Shown here piece after piece: positions 13,826 through 25,389 of a stretch of DNA of 64,000 bases. The notes beneath the pieces were generated by a model. The model worked only from the letters and a program-made list of their open reading frames with translations. It had not been told where the DNA came from and ran no database searches. The stretch spans positions 164,708 through 228,707 of the forward strand of contig MU619269.1 of the NCBI GenBank assembly GCA_025201805.1. The letters run 5' to 3'. A program made the translations under genes and the position numbers. The DNA comes from Parasitella parasitica NRRL 2501 (taxonomy: Eukaryota > Fungi > Mucoromycota). Within the stretch, counting starts at the first letter, position 1, and every line of letters begins with the position of its first letter.

Positions 13826-14247
13826 TACATCATAAACAATAGCCCCTGGATCGTCATCAACGAGGTCCAATACGTGAGCTTTGTGTTTCTCTGTAAAATT
13901 GTTTGGGCGTCCTGGATTTCTGGTTGATTTTTTGATCAGCACTTCGCCAGTCTCTTTGTAGCTTCTTCACCAACGCTGAGCAATTCGTTCTTTGATACCT
14001 AATTCTCTCCCGACCACAGCGGCATACCTCTGTTCCCACAGGTAATTTGATCATACGATCGATGAACGTCGCCCTCTGATTAATGCTATAGTCAGCATTT
14101 GTCCTCTTTGAGGTAACTCTCACTGGATTTGAGGTAGTTGACGTTTTGTTTTCAATTGGTTGCTTTTCCCATGGCCTTTTTCTTCATATAAGAAGAAGGA
14201 TTAACCAAAGTTTCGAGAACAATATTAAGATCATCAATAGTTGACAT
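13826..14247 (-). pseudogene. Tc1/IS630-like transposase remnant, N-terminal HTH region
   Basis: YAAVVGRELGIKERIAQRW*RSYKETGEVLIKKSTRNPGRPNNFTEKHKAHVLDLVDDDPGAIVYDV with stops and frameshifts; HTH plus GRP motif. Confidence 0.75.
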
Positions 14248-14592
14248 GGCGTCTTCTATAAGATTATATATTAATTGATTGTTTTTATTATAAATGTTGT
14301 TTTGTCCATCTTCATGAATCCTTCATCACGTAAGGCTACAATAGACACATTTTATTCCTATGGGCAAGGAAAACGTATCTCTGATTGGGCAAAATTATGT
14401 TCGGTCAGGACAACATAATTTATTGGATCAACTGAATACCATAATGGAATTAACTCGAATCCACTGCAAGGAATCCGACCCGGTCCTACATCCTTCATCC
14501 GGAACTTCAATGAACGAAAGCCTCTTTTTTTTTTGTTATAGAATTTTTTCTCTTTTCTTGTTTAACGACACCCTCCCATCAACATCGACAGA

Positions 14593-15705
14593 ATGAGACC
14601 TATTTTGCTCCAAGGGCATACTAGAGCTTTGACTCAAATTAAATACAACCGAGAAGGTGATTTACTTTTCTCTGTCTCCAAAGATAAAGTCGCAAATGTT
14701 TGGTACTCTCATAACGGTGAGCGTCTCGGCACATATGCTGGCCATCTTGGTTCCGTTTGGGCCATTGATGTAAATGGTAAGTCTAAAAGTTTTGCCTTTG
14801 AAATATGTGCATGTTGAATTTACATGCTTCTTTGTAGCCAACTCGTCACTACTCGTCACTGGCTCTGCTGATAATACCTGTAAGTTATGGGAAGTTCAAA
14901 CAGGTCGCTGTCTGAAGACATGGGAGTTCAAGACTGCTGTCAAGCGCGTTGAGTTCAGTCAGGATAATACCATGGTTCTGTGTGTCACTGAGGAACGTAT
15001 GGGTTTCTCTGGTACTGTAACCGTTTACCCTGTCAACAGCGATATCAATGGCACTCGTAAGTTTTACCGATGAAGCGATAAAGTAAGGATTGACTTAACA
15101 AGGTGATGGTGTTGATTTTAGAGTCGGATATTCCTGTTGTTACCATCACCAATAATGGAGGTTCCAAAGCCGTCGTTGCTGGCTGGACATGCTTAGATAA
15201 GTACATCATTACTGGCCATGAAGACGGCACCATCTGTCAGTGGGATTGGAAGGCAAATGAGAAGGTCAAGTCTATTCATTCTCATGAGAGTGTTTTATCC
15301 GACATGCAATTCAGCCCTGATCGCACATATTTCATCACCTCTTCCAAGGATAAGACGGCAAAGATCTTTGATTCATTCACCTTGGACGTCAAGAAATCAT
15401 ATTCTACTGACACACCTCTCAATTCAGCTGCTCTAACTCCTAAACACCAGGAGTTTGTTGTTTTAGGTGGTGGTCAGGATGCCATGAATGTCACAACTAC
15501 CTCTGCTAGACAAGGTAAATTCGAAAGTAGATTCTATCACAAGATTCTTGAAGAGGAAGTCGGTCGTGTTCGAGGCCATTTCGGTCCTATCAATACCATT
15601 GCTGTCCACCCTGAGGGTACGAGTTATTCAAGTGGTGGTGAAGATGGTTACGTCCGTGTCCATCATTTTGATCCTGATTACTTTACCTTTAAGCTCGAAA
15701 TTTAA
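14593..15705 (+). CDS. TIF34: Translation initiation factor eIF3 subunit I (WD40), 3 exons
   Basis: [27 protein letters not shown]...[20 protein letters not shown]...GHFGPINT...[13 protein letters not shown]. Confidence 0.97.
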
Positions 15706-15771
15706 GTACATTTTATATATACATAGTAGAATAAACCGAATAAGCTCATAAAAAGTATAATAATTTATTAA

Positions 15772-16800
15772 TTATGGATGAGAAGACTCAATCGTCTGTC
15801 TCGTAATGGATATATCCTTCTGTTTGTTCAACTGATCTATGACAGCTCGTGTGAGCGAAGAATTTGCTCGGCCATGAGCTCGCAGTATCCGCTGCTGCGG
15901 CGCTGCTGTAGTAATTTGTGTTGAAACGTATGTATCCTCTTCCTCTTTTGATTTTTGCGGCTCTTCTGTATCGACCGTTGGTCTTGTAATATAGGTAACG
16001 GGCGGTGGTGGAGGGAAAGTACGATTAGGCTGATTAAAGTGCACAGCTGCCCACGTAGGATGCTGTCGCTCGATTTCCATCAGTGTGTTTTCTAGAATTT
16101 TGATCCTCTCGAATACGGAGAACGATGGCCTTGCAGCAGGATTCAGCTTTACATTAAGGTGTTCTTCTATATTATTGAGTCTTTCTTCTGTATCTGCTGC
16201 AACTGCCATTTCTGCTGGATCGTCGGCTTTAGGCTTGTTGTTGAAAGCTAGCAAGGATCTCGCAATAGGGCCATCTTCGTTATTTACAATGTCAAACTTC
16301 ATTTGAATATTGCGATTAATCTCTCTAGCGTCTGTCCTTGCACATGTAACATCATCAGCCTTAGGGTCATGTCTGCTCAAAAACTCAGTTCTATTGCTTT
16401 CGTCTAATTCATTTTGCTTTGCTTGGATAAATGTGTTGATTCTTTGCTCAACTTCTTGGGTGGTTGCTCTGATTTGGATTTGCTCTCCATCAAACCGCTT
16501 TACTCTCTCCTTTTCGTCTTCTTCTTGATCGTCATCGGAGCGTTTTCTCTTGGAGACAATCAAATTATCGTGTGCTTTATCGGGTTTGCCAACGACTTCT
16601 TCTCTAGCATCTACGTGTCTCTCGAGGGAAATTAAAAGCCTTTCTACTAGTGTTTCTATTTCCCCAGGCAATTTCTCTAATTGGCTCCGTGAGAGCACAA
16701 CCAATTCTGATTCTAAGCATTCGCTGGTCTCTACAAGCCCTATATTTTTGAAGAAATGCGATATTTCTCTGTCCCAGGATAATGGCGCCTCAGTTGACAT
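15772..16800 (-). CDS. MBIP-like protein (MAP3K12-binding inhibitory protein homolog)
   Basis: EVEQRINTFIQAKQNELDESNRTEF, TCARTDA, VNNEDGP, EERLNNIEEHL, FERIKILEN segments resemble MBIP; LisH-like N-terminus; single exon. Confidence 0.72.
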   Translation of the reverse strand: MSTEAPLSWDREISHFFKNIGLVETSECLESELVVLSRSQLEKLPGEIETLVERLLISLERHVDAREEVVGKPDKAHDNLIVSKRKRSDDDQEEDEKERVKRFDGEQIQIRATTQEVEQRINTFIQAKQNELDESNRTEFLSRHDPKADDVTCARTDAREINRNIQMKFDIVNNEDGPIARSLLAFNNKPKADDPAEMAVAADTEERLNNIEEHLNVKLNPAARPSFSVFERIKILENTLMEIERQHPTWAAVHFNQPNRTFPPPPPVTYITRPTVDTEEPQKSKEEEDTYVSTQITTAAPQQRILRAHGRANSSLTRAVIDQLNKQKDISITRQTIESSHP

Positions 16801-17085
16801 GGCAGAAAACAAGTTGCGAAGCTAGATCATTCTCCTTTCAACGATAAAGAAGCTGTGAAAAAGAAAATTAAGCGTCACAGCAATCATGGATGTATGTAGA
16901 AGTAGCTGATATCTATGAAAAAAAAACATGCATCATATCAAATAAAAAAGTATACAGTTATATGTCATTATTCAATGACATAATATCGTCAAGGAAACCG
17001 ACTTTGATCAGGACACAGACTTGTGAAAATCCTTCAAGCTGTAGATGTCTTGGCAAGTCTGGTATTTTCAAAGCTCGCGCATAAA

Positions 17086-19104
17086 TTATTGGGCGTTTTT
17101 ATTATTAGATGAACAATACAGCTGCTGCGTCTCTTCTTGTCTCTGCTGAGATACTTGTTCGTCTTGAACTAGTCTACCACTGACATGCTCATCAAACCGA
17201 CCTAATGTCCATATCTGAGCAAATCTTTTAAACCTAAGAGCTTTAGGATCTTTAATAATGTAGAATTCTCCATCACACATGATGCATATAACATTCCTCT
17301 GCTTGTACTTGTTCTCAAACCAATTTTGCCACCATTTTTTATCTTGTTTTTTCAAAATTGTAGGTTCCCTAAAGACAATTTCAAAAGGGGATTCAAACTG
17401 ACCGATGCGAGATACATGTTTCCGGATATTTGCAAGTTTCTTGATGTAACTAATCATGTTCTCAATAGTGAACACTTCCATTTTTTTATCATTAGCCAGT
17501 TGAGGTGTCCAGTTTGCTGGATCTGTAGGGCCAGACCGATTCTCCACTGCCTCCAGGCCATATTTAGCTTCGCCCCAAAGATCAATTTCCCTACCCCTAC
17601 CAGAAGTAAGTATATATTAAAATGCATGAAAAAAGCTGCTTTCTATATTGAATGCGTACATACCAAATGTGAGGGATATTTTGAATTACCAAATCAATAG
17701 GACGCTTTGTGATTTTGGGTATACCTTCTTGTGTATCATTTGCGTCTTTTATATCAGATTCAGGGACAGCCAGCACTGTTTGGTCTTTGTATTTGATTTT
17801 CTCTATGAAATGGGTGACGCTAGGAAATCTACGCCAAAATACCCACTTGGCGCTCTCAGACGTATAAATTCCCATATTCATCCACCTATTGCCTGCACGG
17901 TGCTTCTCAAAGCCGCTTCCAACATATCCCTGTACACCAATTGACATGTAATTGCACATCTTTCGAACCATATGCGGATAAGTGCCTCGTTGTTCACGTT
18001 CATCAATCTCTAATACATCATGCCCGTCTTTACGCTGTGGGCCTGCTAATCTGACGTAGCCTCCTTCATGTGCCGAAAATTCAACTTGCCAAATGTCCAA
18101 GCGAGCAGCCTCTGACTTCTCCAATCGCTCGGTGATTAACTCTTCTAAATGCTGTAGACGTTTACCGAGTATATTGGAATGCCTGATAGTCCTGCCCCAT
18201 CCAAGCACTTGGCTAAAGTCATTGCCGGTGCCAAATGGGATGCCTATTGAAAGAAACTGGTAAATAGGGTTAGGATAAACCGCTCCAATAGATCTTACAT
18301 GAGAAAAAAATGTAGTCCAAATCGATATGATGATGAGCCAGCATCTCAAACACACTCATCACAGTGCCATCTCCACCTGCACTCCATACATGGATGTGCC
18401 GAGTTCTGACTGTGCTGCTTATTTTATGGGCTTCTGAATCTTCTTGCTCCTGTGCATCTTGCAAAGACGGTAATTGACCATCTTTGGCCATTTGCTCCAC
18501 AAGCTGTATACTTTCTACGCCTAGATTTCGATCCTCCTCATTCAATATATTATGTATTTCCACCTGGACGTGTGGAAACCTACGCAATCTAAAGTGCTGG
18601 ATGGGAAGTTGTATGAGATCCTTGCCTTTGCAATCACCTGAAAGTGGATTAACAAAGATAAACAGGTATATGCTTGGCCTTCCTTCAGTCTTAGTATCTT
18701 GGAACCGAACAGAAGTATTCAGACGGCTTCCATCATGAGTCATAGACGGCCGAACAAATTTCTTTTTCTCTTCGAGCAAATTTGGATGATTTACTATAGG
18801 TGAAGATGATGGAGGGCTCTCGTTATCCGCTGGTTTTGGTGGTAGAAGAGTAGTATTAACAGTGAGATGAATCGGAGACAACTCATTTACTATAGGTAAT
18901 GAGCAGTATGAGTTAACATTCGCTTTTCGTGCTTTTCGTACCATTCATATGCGTTTTTTTCAACGGCTTTATATCATTCCCCTCCTTTTTATGGTTGTTA
19001 TTCTGTGGCAAATTATCATGCTTGCTATTTACTAAACTGTCAGAATTGACAACATCAGGTTCCTGTTTACCCATAAAAAAGCTTGGCAATATTACGCCGG
19101 GCAT
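17086..19104 (-). CDS. Diacylglycerol kinase family protein, multi-exon
   Basis: FVNPLSG, SAGGDGTV, IPFGTGNDFSQVLGWG, CNYMSIG, MCDGE motifs across ORFs 18913-19104, 18270-18944, 17597-18355, 17086-17547. Confidence 0.9.
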
Positions 19105-19489
19105 TTGTATTTCAACTTGAGAAAAGGCAATCCTCGAAAACTAGTCTGGTATATATACCTGAAAATCGATGCTGCTTGCAGTATTACATGCATTACATCA
19201 TTCAACCACGGATAAATCGATAATAAAGGCCTAGTACATAAAGAAGAATAACCTCGATCCTTTGTAACACCTGTATATATACTCATAAATTTATATGGCC
19301 AAAAGGGAGACTCAAGACTTGTGCATAATAATACGATGATTCACTGCGAGCATTCAATCATGGAAATCCATACCAAAGCGCAGAACACGGCGCATCTTGA
19401 AATTCCAGATAGTATTAGTTTTATGCGGTAATGGGCCCGGTTCTTTTTTTTTTTTTTTTTATTTATTTAGAAAAAAAAGCAACTCTACA

Positions 19490-20322
19490 ATGGCAATCAG
19501 CGAAAAAGAGGAGAGGGAGCAGAGCTCAGTGATAATCACCCAATACCAACGTGCAGACTATTCAAAGCACCACTACGACGCATGCTCTATTTGCTATACC
19601 AGACCAGGAATGCCACTTGTTCCGCCACTCAATTTCGCAATGATAGCTTCAGGCGTATATCGCTCAGGACACCCAAACAAGCAGAATTTCGCGTTTTTAA
19701 GAAAGCTTGGATTAAAGACAATACTGTAAATTTTGGCCATTTCAAAAGAAATGCATTTATTTATTCTCATGTCTAGATATTTCGCAATGGAAGAATATCC
19801 TCCCGAAATGCAACATTTTGTCGAGCATGAAGGCATCGAGGTATTACACTACCGCACTGAAGGCAATAAGGAGCCCTTTGTTGAAGTTAATCCTGAAGAC
19901 ATATCGCATGCGTTAGTGAAACTGTTGGATAACAGAAGTCATCCAGGTATACTGATTCATGTACGCTGAGAGCGTTAATTAACAGAGCATTGCAGTTCTT
20001 ATCCATTGCTTGAAGGGGAAGGTAAATCAGGAATGCACATAAGCAAACGCATTACTAATCACATGCTGCTGTGATAGCATCGTATCGGTTGTTTGGTGGG
20101 ATGTCTACGAAAAATCCAAAGATGGTCAATGACTTCAATATTTGACGAATATCGAAAGTTTGCAGGAACAAAAGTGCTTCCAGATCAAGAGGTAAATTAC
20201 GTCAGTTTGTGTGCAGACAAAGATTTATACGAAATAATCGTCGTAAATGCATTCAGTTTATAGAAACGTTTGACCATGATTTGGTTCCATATGATCATCA
20301 ACATCGACCTCGCTGGCTGTAA
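19490..20322 (+). CDS. Siw14/Oca-family (PFA-DSP) phosphatase, about 6 exons
   Basis: LVPPLNFAMIASGVYRSGHP, EGNKEPF, spliced catalytic loop LIHCLKGKHRIGC, IFDEYRKFAG. Confidence 0.9.
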
Positions 20323-20467
20323 TTATTTTATCTGAAGACTCTTTGTACATTTTACACTCCTCTTCCAAATGGTTTATCAGCTTTTTTCTAAATATTTAAT
20401 TAATTTTCTGAAATGTCTTTATCTCTTTTATGTTGTGTGTTTACAAATGTGTTTATGATACAAAAAG

Positions 20468-22520
20468 TTATTCATCAGTTTTAGCGTTTGGCTTGTAAAA
20501 ATGTTCTCCATCCTCTATTTGAGATGCATAGCGGATGGAAGATCGATTATCTGGTTTTTGGAACTGTACAGCAGCCGAATTAGGTTCAAACGCAAGGTCT
20601 GTCATTGTTGACTCGCTATCCAATGCAGTACTGGCAGGGTCTACAGCGTTGCTATGGTTTGCTTTTTTTGTCTTGATTTGCTTTCGTTTAAATATCACAA
20701 TACTCAGCACAAGGAATATACCGCCTCCCAACTTGATTATCAACAACGTTAGTTGATACAATAGAATATATCCAGACCTATTTACTCACTACTACAACAC
20801 CTCCACTAACAACACCAGCAATTACTCCTGCTTTAATACGAGTTTCAGTCGAGACTTCATGTTCATTCCTCTCAACATTAGAGTTGGGATCGTGGTCTAA
20901 TATGTTACCTATGGAGAAGATGAATATTTGTTTGTATGCTGCTGCCAGAAAAATCGAATTTTTACCTGTATTGTTTCTCACTCCACCGTTAGTGGACGAT
21001 GTATTTCCTGATAGCCATGCCACATTGGCAGTATACTGGGTTATCCATGACCAGCTTGAGGTGCTCAATATATTTACATCGTCAAAACCAGTGTTATCGC
21101 CACTTAGTCCAAAAGCCACGAGCATAAAGTTATCGACAAGATACGCTGCATGTGTATATGTAAGCAGGCGTATTTAGATCACAAAGGCTCTTGTGTTTTA
21201 GATGAAAGCGTACCTTTATGATATCTTCTTGGTTTTGGTGGAACGCCCTTGATAGACGGCGCAGTCCAGCGCATTGTACTTAGCTCTAGTATGAATACAT
21301 CATTCATTTGGGTGTTTTTATCCTCTGGCATTCCACCACCAAAAACAATGACACTTTTGCCGTCAAGGCCTATGTGAAATTAAATGTACATTAGTATTCT
21401 AAATGTCATAAAAAAATCAAAAATATTGCATATATGACATGTGTGGCCATGAACATATAGACGTAAATATTTATACATGCTTACTAAGTACAGCTGAATG
21501 ACCTCTACGAGGAGCAGGAATATTTCCACCAGCAGTGATAGTAATCCATTGACTACTTGCAATGTCAAACAGTAGCAGAGAGCTCATTGATACAGGATTC
21601 AATGCAAGTTGCCCGGTTGGATCAGTAACATCATGTGAATAAATTACTCCACCGATAATTAGAATGTATTTATTCGATATCATGGTTGCCGTGTGGTCAA
21701 TTCTAGGTGGAGGGTTATTGTCAACGTGCGGATATGTCACAGTCCAGGTCTGTGTGTCGATAATCGTCCATGTATTGTAATAGATATTAGGTCCTCCATA
21801 GGTAGACATGTCACTATTTTTTTAGACTTTAGGTTCATGTATATAACTATACATTGTTTTATATTTTACCTTAGACCTCCCCATAACCATACACGACCTT
21901 GATCATCTGACACTGCCGTATGTTGTTTCCTAATAGCATGAAAATCTCTAGTTTTTTTTTGCATAATCGTCATAATGGTAATGTACCTTTGCACTGGCAG
22001 CTGCCCTTTGATAGCAGGCTTTACCCATGTATCTTGTAATGTGTCATAGTACGACACTGTCTGCTTTTTCGCGGCTGGTTCAAGGCGGTCGGATGTGCCT
22101 CCATCTACTAAGAAATTATGTGTGTTTGATAGATAAGAAGCAGCAAAAAACGAAATAGGCTGAACTTGATCTAATAATGTGTCCATGACAGACCAAGCAG
22201 GATCTGTTGTGTTCCATGACTGGTATAAATTCAATGAATGCATTGAATTTGTTGAAATCCCTGATTCTAAAATCCCACCAAAACATACAAGTGCGCCCTT
22301 GAAAGTCAATAGTACACATTCTACTCTTTTTTAAATGACATTGTAATGATTTAGTTTACAAACATACACACAAAAACACAACTGTGAACTTGCCATTGGC
22401 CCATCTAGGTGAAGGCTTTACTGAGCTTTGTTGATCGATTTGAGCAACCACAGAGTAAATAATGGCTGCAAACAGAGATAATACGAAAAGACTGGATCTC
22501 AATCCATTTATCGCTACCAT
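20468..22520 (-). CDS. Kelch-repeat single-pass membrane protein with signal peptide, multi-exon
   Basis: Hydrophobic N-terminus; repeated R..H(T/S)A...(F/I/W)GG Kelch motifs; GVIAGVVSGGVVV transmembrane segment followed by basic residues. Confidence 0.85.
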
Positions 22521-22589
22521 TGAATATTGTATTAAATATGAATCGACTGAATGGAAAAGAGAATAAGAAGAAGAAAAAGGGGGCAGAAA

Positions 22590-22599
22590 NNNNNNNNNN
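22590..22599. other. Assembly gap (10 N) next to a poly(A) run
   Basis: N characters in the sequence. Confidence 1.
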
Positions 22600-22637
<38 letters not shown>

Positions 22638-23909
22638 TTAAAAAAGATGAAATGTTGACAAAACGGCTTTTCTAAAATAATGAATTATTGCAAGGAAATT
22701 TCAAATGTTATACATAGTATCATTATGCTAATTTCTATTTGTACACCTCGTTTATGCGTTTAATTCAACCCTCTTGTAAACTGTAGAGCCTCTGCAATGG
22801 TCAATATCCTGATATAAAATTTGCATTTAACCGTTACTTTTTTTTTTCGACATTGTTGATATGTAACAATATACATATCACAAATAATGATGCTATTCCA
22901 TATAATTCAAAAAACTTCTTTTATACAAACATGGATGCATGCGATGACAACAATATGCACGACACAGTATTACAAAATGAAAGTTAAAAGCGAACTTGAG
23001 CCGTGTCAAATTACCGAGATGCTGATTCTTATGGCGACAGTCTTGTGGGGATAGGCTGTACAGTACAAACATATCATATACGCTATATACGAATTCGTCC
23101 TCAATATGAATACACAGCAAAGTCATCTTGAAGTTCAATTCTTTTTTTTTTTTTTTTTGCTAATTGACTAAAAATCATCCATGTACAAATGATACAGCCA
23201 CAGTATCATGGTAGCACAGCATTTTTCATTGCGTGCGGATTGTGGCAGATTAAAGGCTGGTATATAGACACAACAAGTGATTTCATTTTACTCAGTTGAT
23301 ATTCAATTATTGAAAGGGGGTAAGGACGATGATTAATAGTGTGTATCAAAATGAGAGATAGTCATTGGTATACATACGGTATGGACATTCAGTGTCAAGG
23401 GTTTTAATATCCCCTCCCTGTCTTGTGCCCATTTTGTATTGGCATATTTACTCATGTAATACTGTGAGGACGTATATATTCAATTACATCAGTGTTTCCC
23501 GGAACAAGATACGAATAAAATAAAGATGCACATGCCCCCTTCTCTGAAAATTGGACAATTTTGAAATATTATTCAGTGTATAGGTGATAAGAGCTCTCCT
23601 ATGTCTACATAATTGAATCACGCAGATTCGAAATATTGAGCCGAAATATCCATGATCACACCACCATGTACATGATGTTGCAACATCTTTTTTGCTTAGC
23701 TTGCAAGTGTGTATAATTAAGAAAGTAAACGCTTGATTTAGCTATTTGTACCTACATGGACGGAAGCTCAAAATCGGTAGTTATCTAATCTTAATTTGAT
23801 AACGATAACACGTAGTTTATGTAGATGTGAGGTTTAATTGTCATTAATAAAATACAATAAAATAGTATTACATGATATATATAGAGTGATGTTTTGTGAT
23901 ATTTCGAGT

Positions 23910-25179
23910 TCAAATTGTCACAATTGGTGCTTGAGGAGTTGACGAAGAGGCTTCTTCATAGCGTGGCGTATACTCCGGCAAATCTAAATCAACAGGAACA
24001 GCATCATCACCACCTCCACTTGTAATAGTATGCGGCTGATTAAACGTTTCTGTGGAAATGACATTAGGCGTAGAAGATGCCAGAGACAAGACCGTATCTG
24101 ACACATCAGAAGGGTAGTCTGTGATGATGATTGGAAACTCCAATACGACAGGCTCAATATTCAATGCTGGCACTTTGGTAAAGTGCACAGTGAGTTTGCA
24201 GCGATGAGATATCTCCAAGAAGGGATCAAACTGATGGGTGTGGATTGACTTGACATGAGGACTATTACTCAGAGGCATAGGTGTTCTGATAAAATGAGCT
24301 TCTGAGCTATTGGAAAACGAGGGCAAATGATAAATAGCAGGTGGGAATCTGGTGATAATCGGCGGTAGACTGTGTACGCCTTGTTTTGTGCTAAATCTGA
24401 ATAAAATAGGATCCCACCATTAAAAAAAAAAAAAGATTGGATTGAAGGCACAGATGGAAAACATACCTGTATGTTTCAATTTCCTCGATACCGAGTTCGA
24501 TTCTGTCCACTTCAACCCTTTCTTTTTCAACGTTGCAGCGGAAAGTAATAACGACTTCTCCTGACTCAATTGCAGTTGCTTTTGGGAGCTCTGCTGACCA
24601 TTCAAACCACTCTTTTACACCTGAAAAATTCATAGTTGGGATCATGGCACTAGGACTAGGCAAATAATGTCGATGCACGGTGACAATCTGATGAGTCCTG
24701 TACTTTTTGAAAAACGTGCCAGCAGACAGATTAGCAACTAACGTATATTCCACAAATGCATTCTTTGTTCTACAGCTGGCAGGTAGATGAAATGGCAGAT
24801 GAAGGCCAAACTCAATAGATTCTTCTCCAGAAAAAATGAGCTCTTTTTCAACTTCGCAAACGGGCACTGTTGTCTGTATTTTCGTGGTGGCATTGGGATT
24901 GGCTGGATCATCCATATCACTCAGGTAATTCTCTCGTGGGAATGCTGAACGAGGTGCATCTATGTCTATGCCTGCTTTGCCCAAGAATTGAAGGTTGACC
25001 CGTTGCCACTTGATTTTTCTGTCTTGAAAGATAACTTTTCCCATCAACTTTGTTCGCACTTGAGACATTGGATTCTCTCTTGTCGCTGGGCCGATGAAAT
25101 AGACAGGTGCATCGCTAACTTCTAAACGCACAGGAAGGTGTTTTTTTGAGGAAGCTGGCTCATTCGTAAATCGCTTCAT
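23910..25179 (-). CDS. Alpha-arrestin-like protein, 2 exons
   Basis: Arrestin-type beta segments (FGLHLPFHLPASC...VEYTLVA; LEISHRCKLTVHF; LEFPIIITDYP); C-terminal LPEY motif; intron ~24399-24466 restores the frame. Confidence 0.8.
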
Positions 25180-25389
25180 CAATTTTTTGCTTTTTTTGGT
25201 AATAAAAAGATATGAAAAAGAAGAAAGAGCATCGTAGACAGAGTATACTGAGAGTTTAAATACTCAATTCGTGTGACAGTGGTCAACCTAATAATTGGTA
25301 CCTTTGTACGATGCTATGTTTGCTTTGTTGTGGAGTCACCACATGGAATACAAGGTTTGAAGTCTTTGATTGGCGTAGCTAATGTGCCA

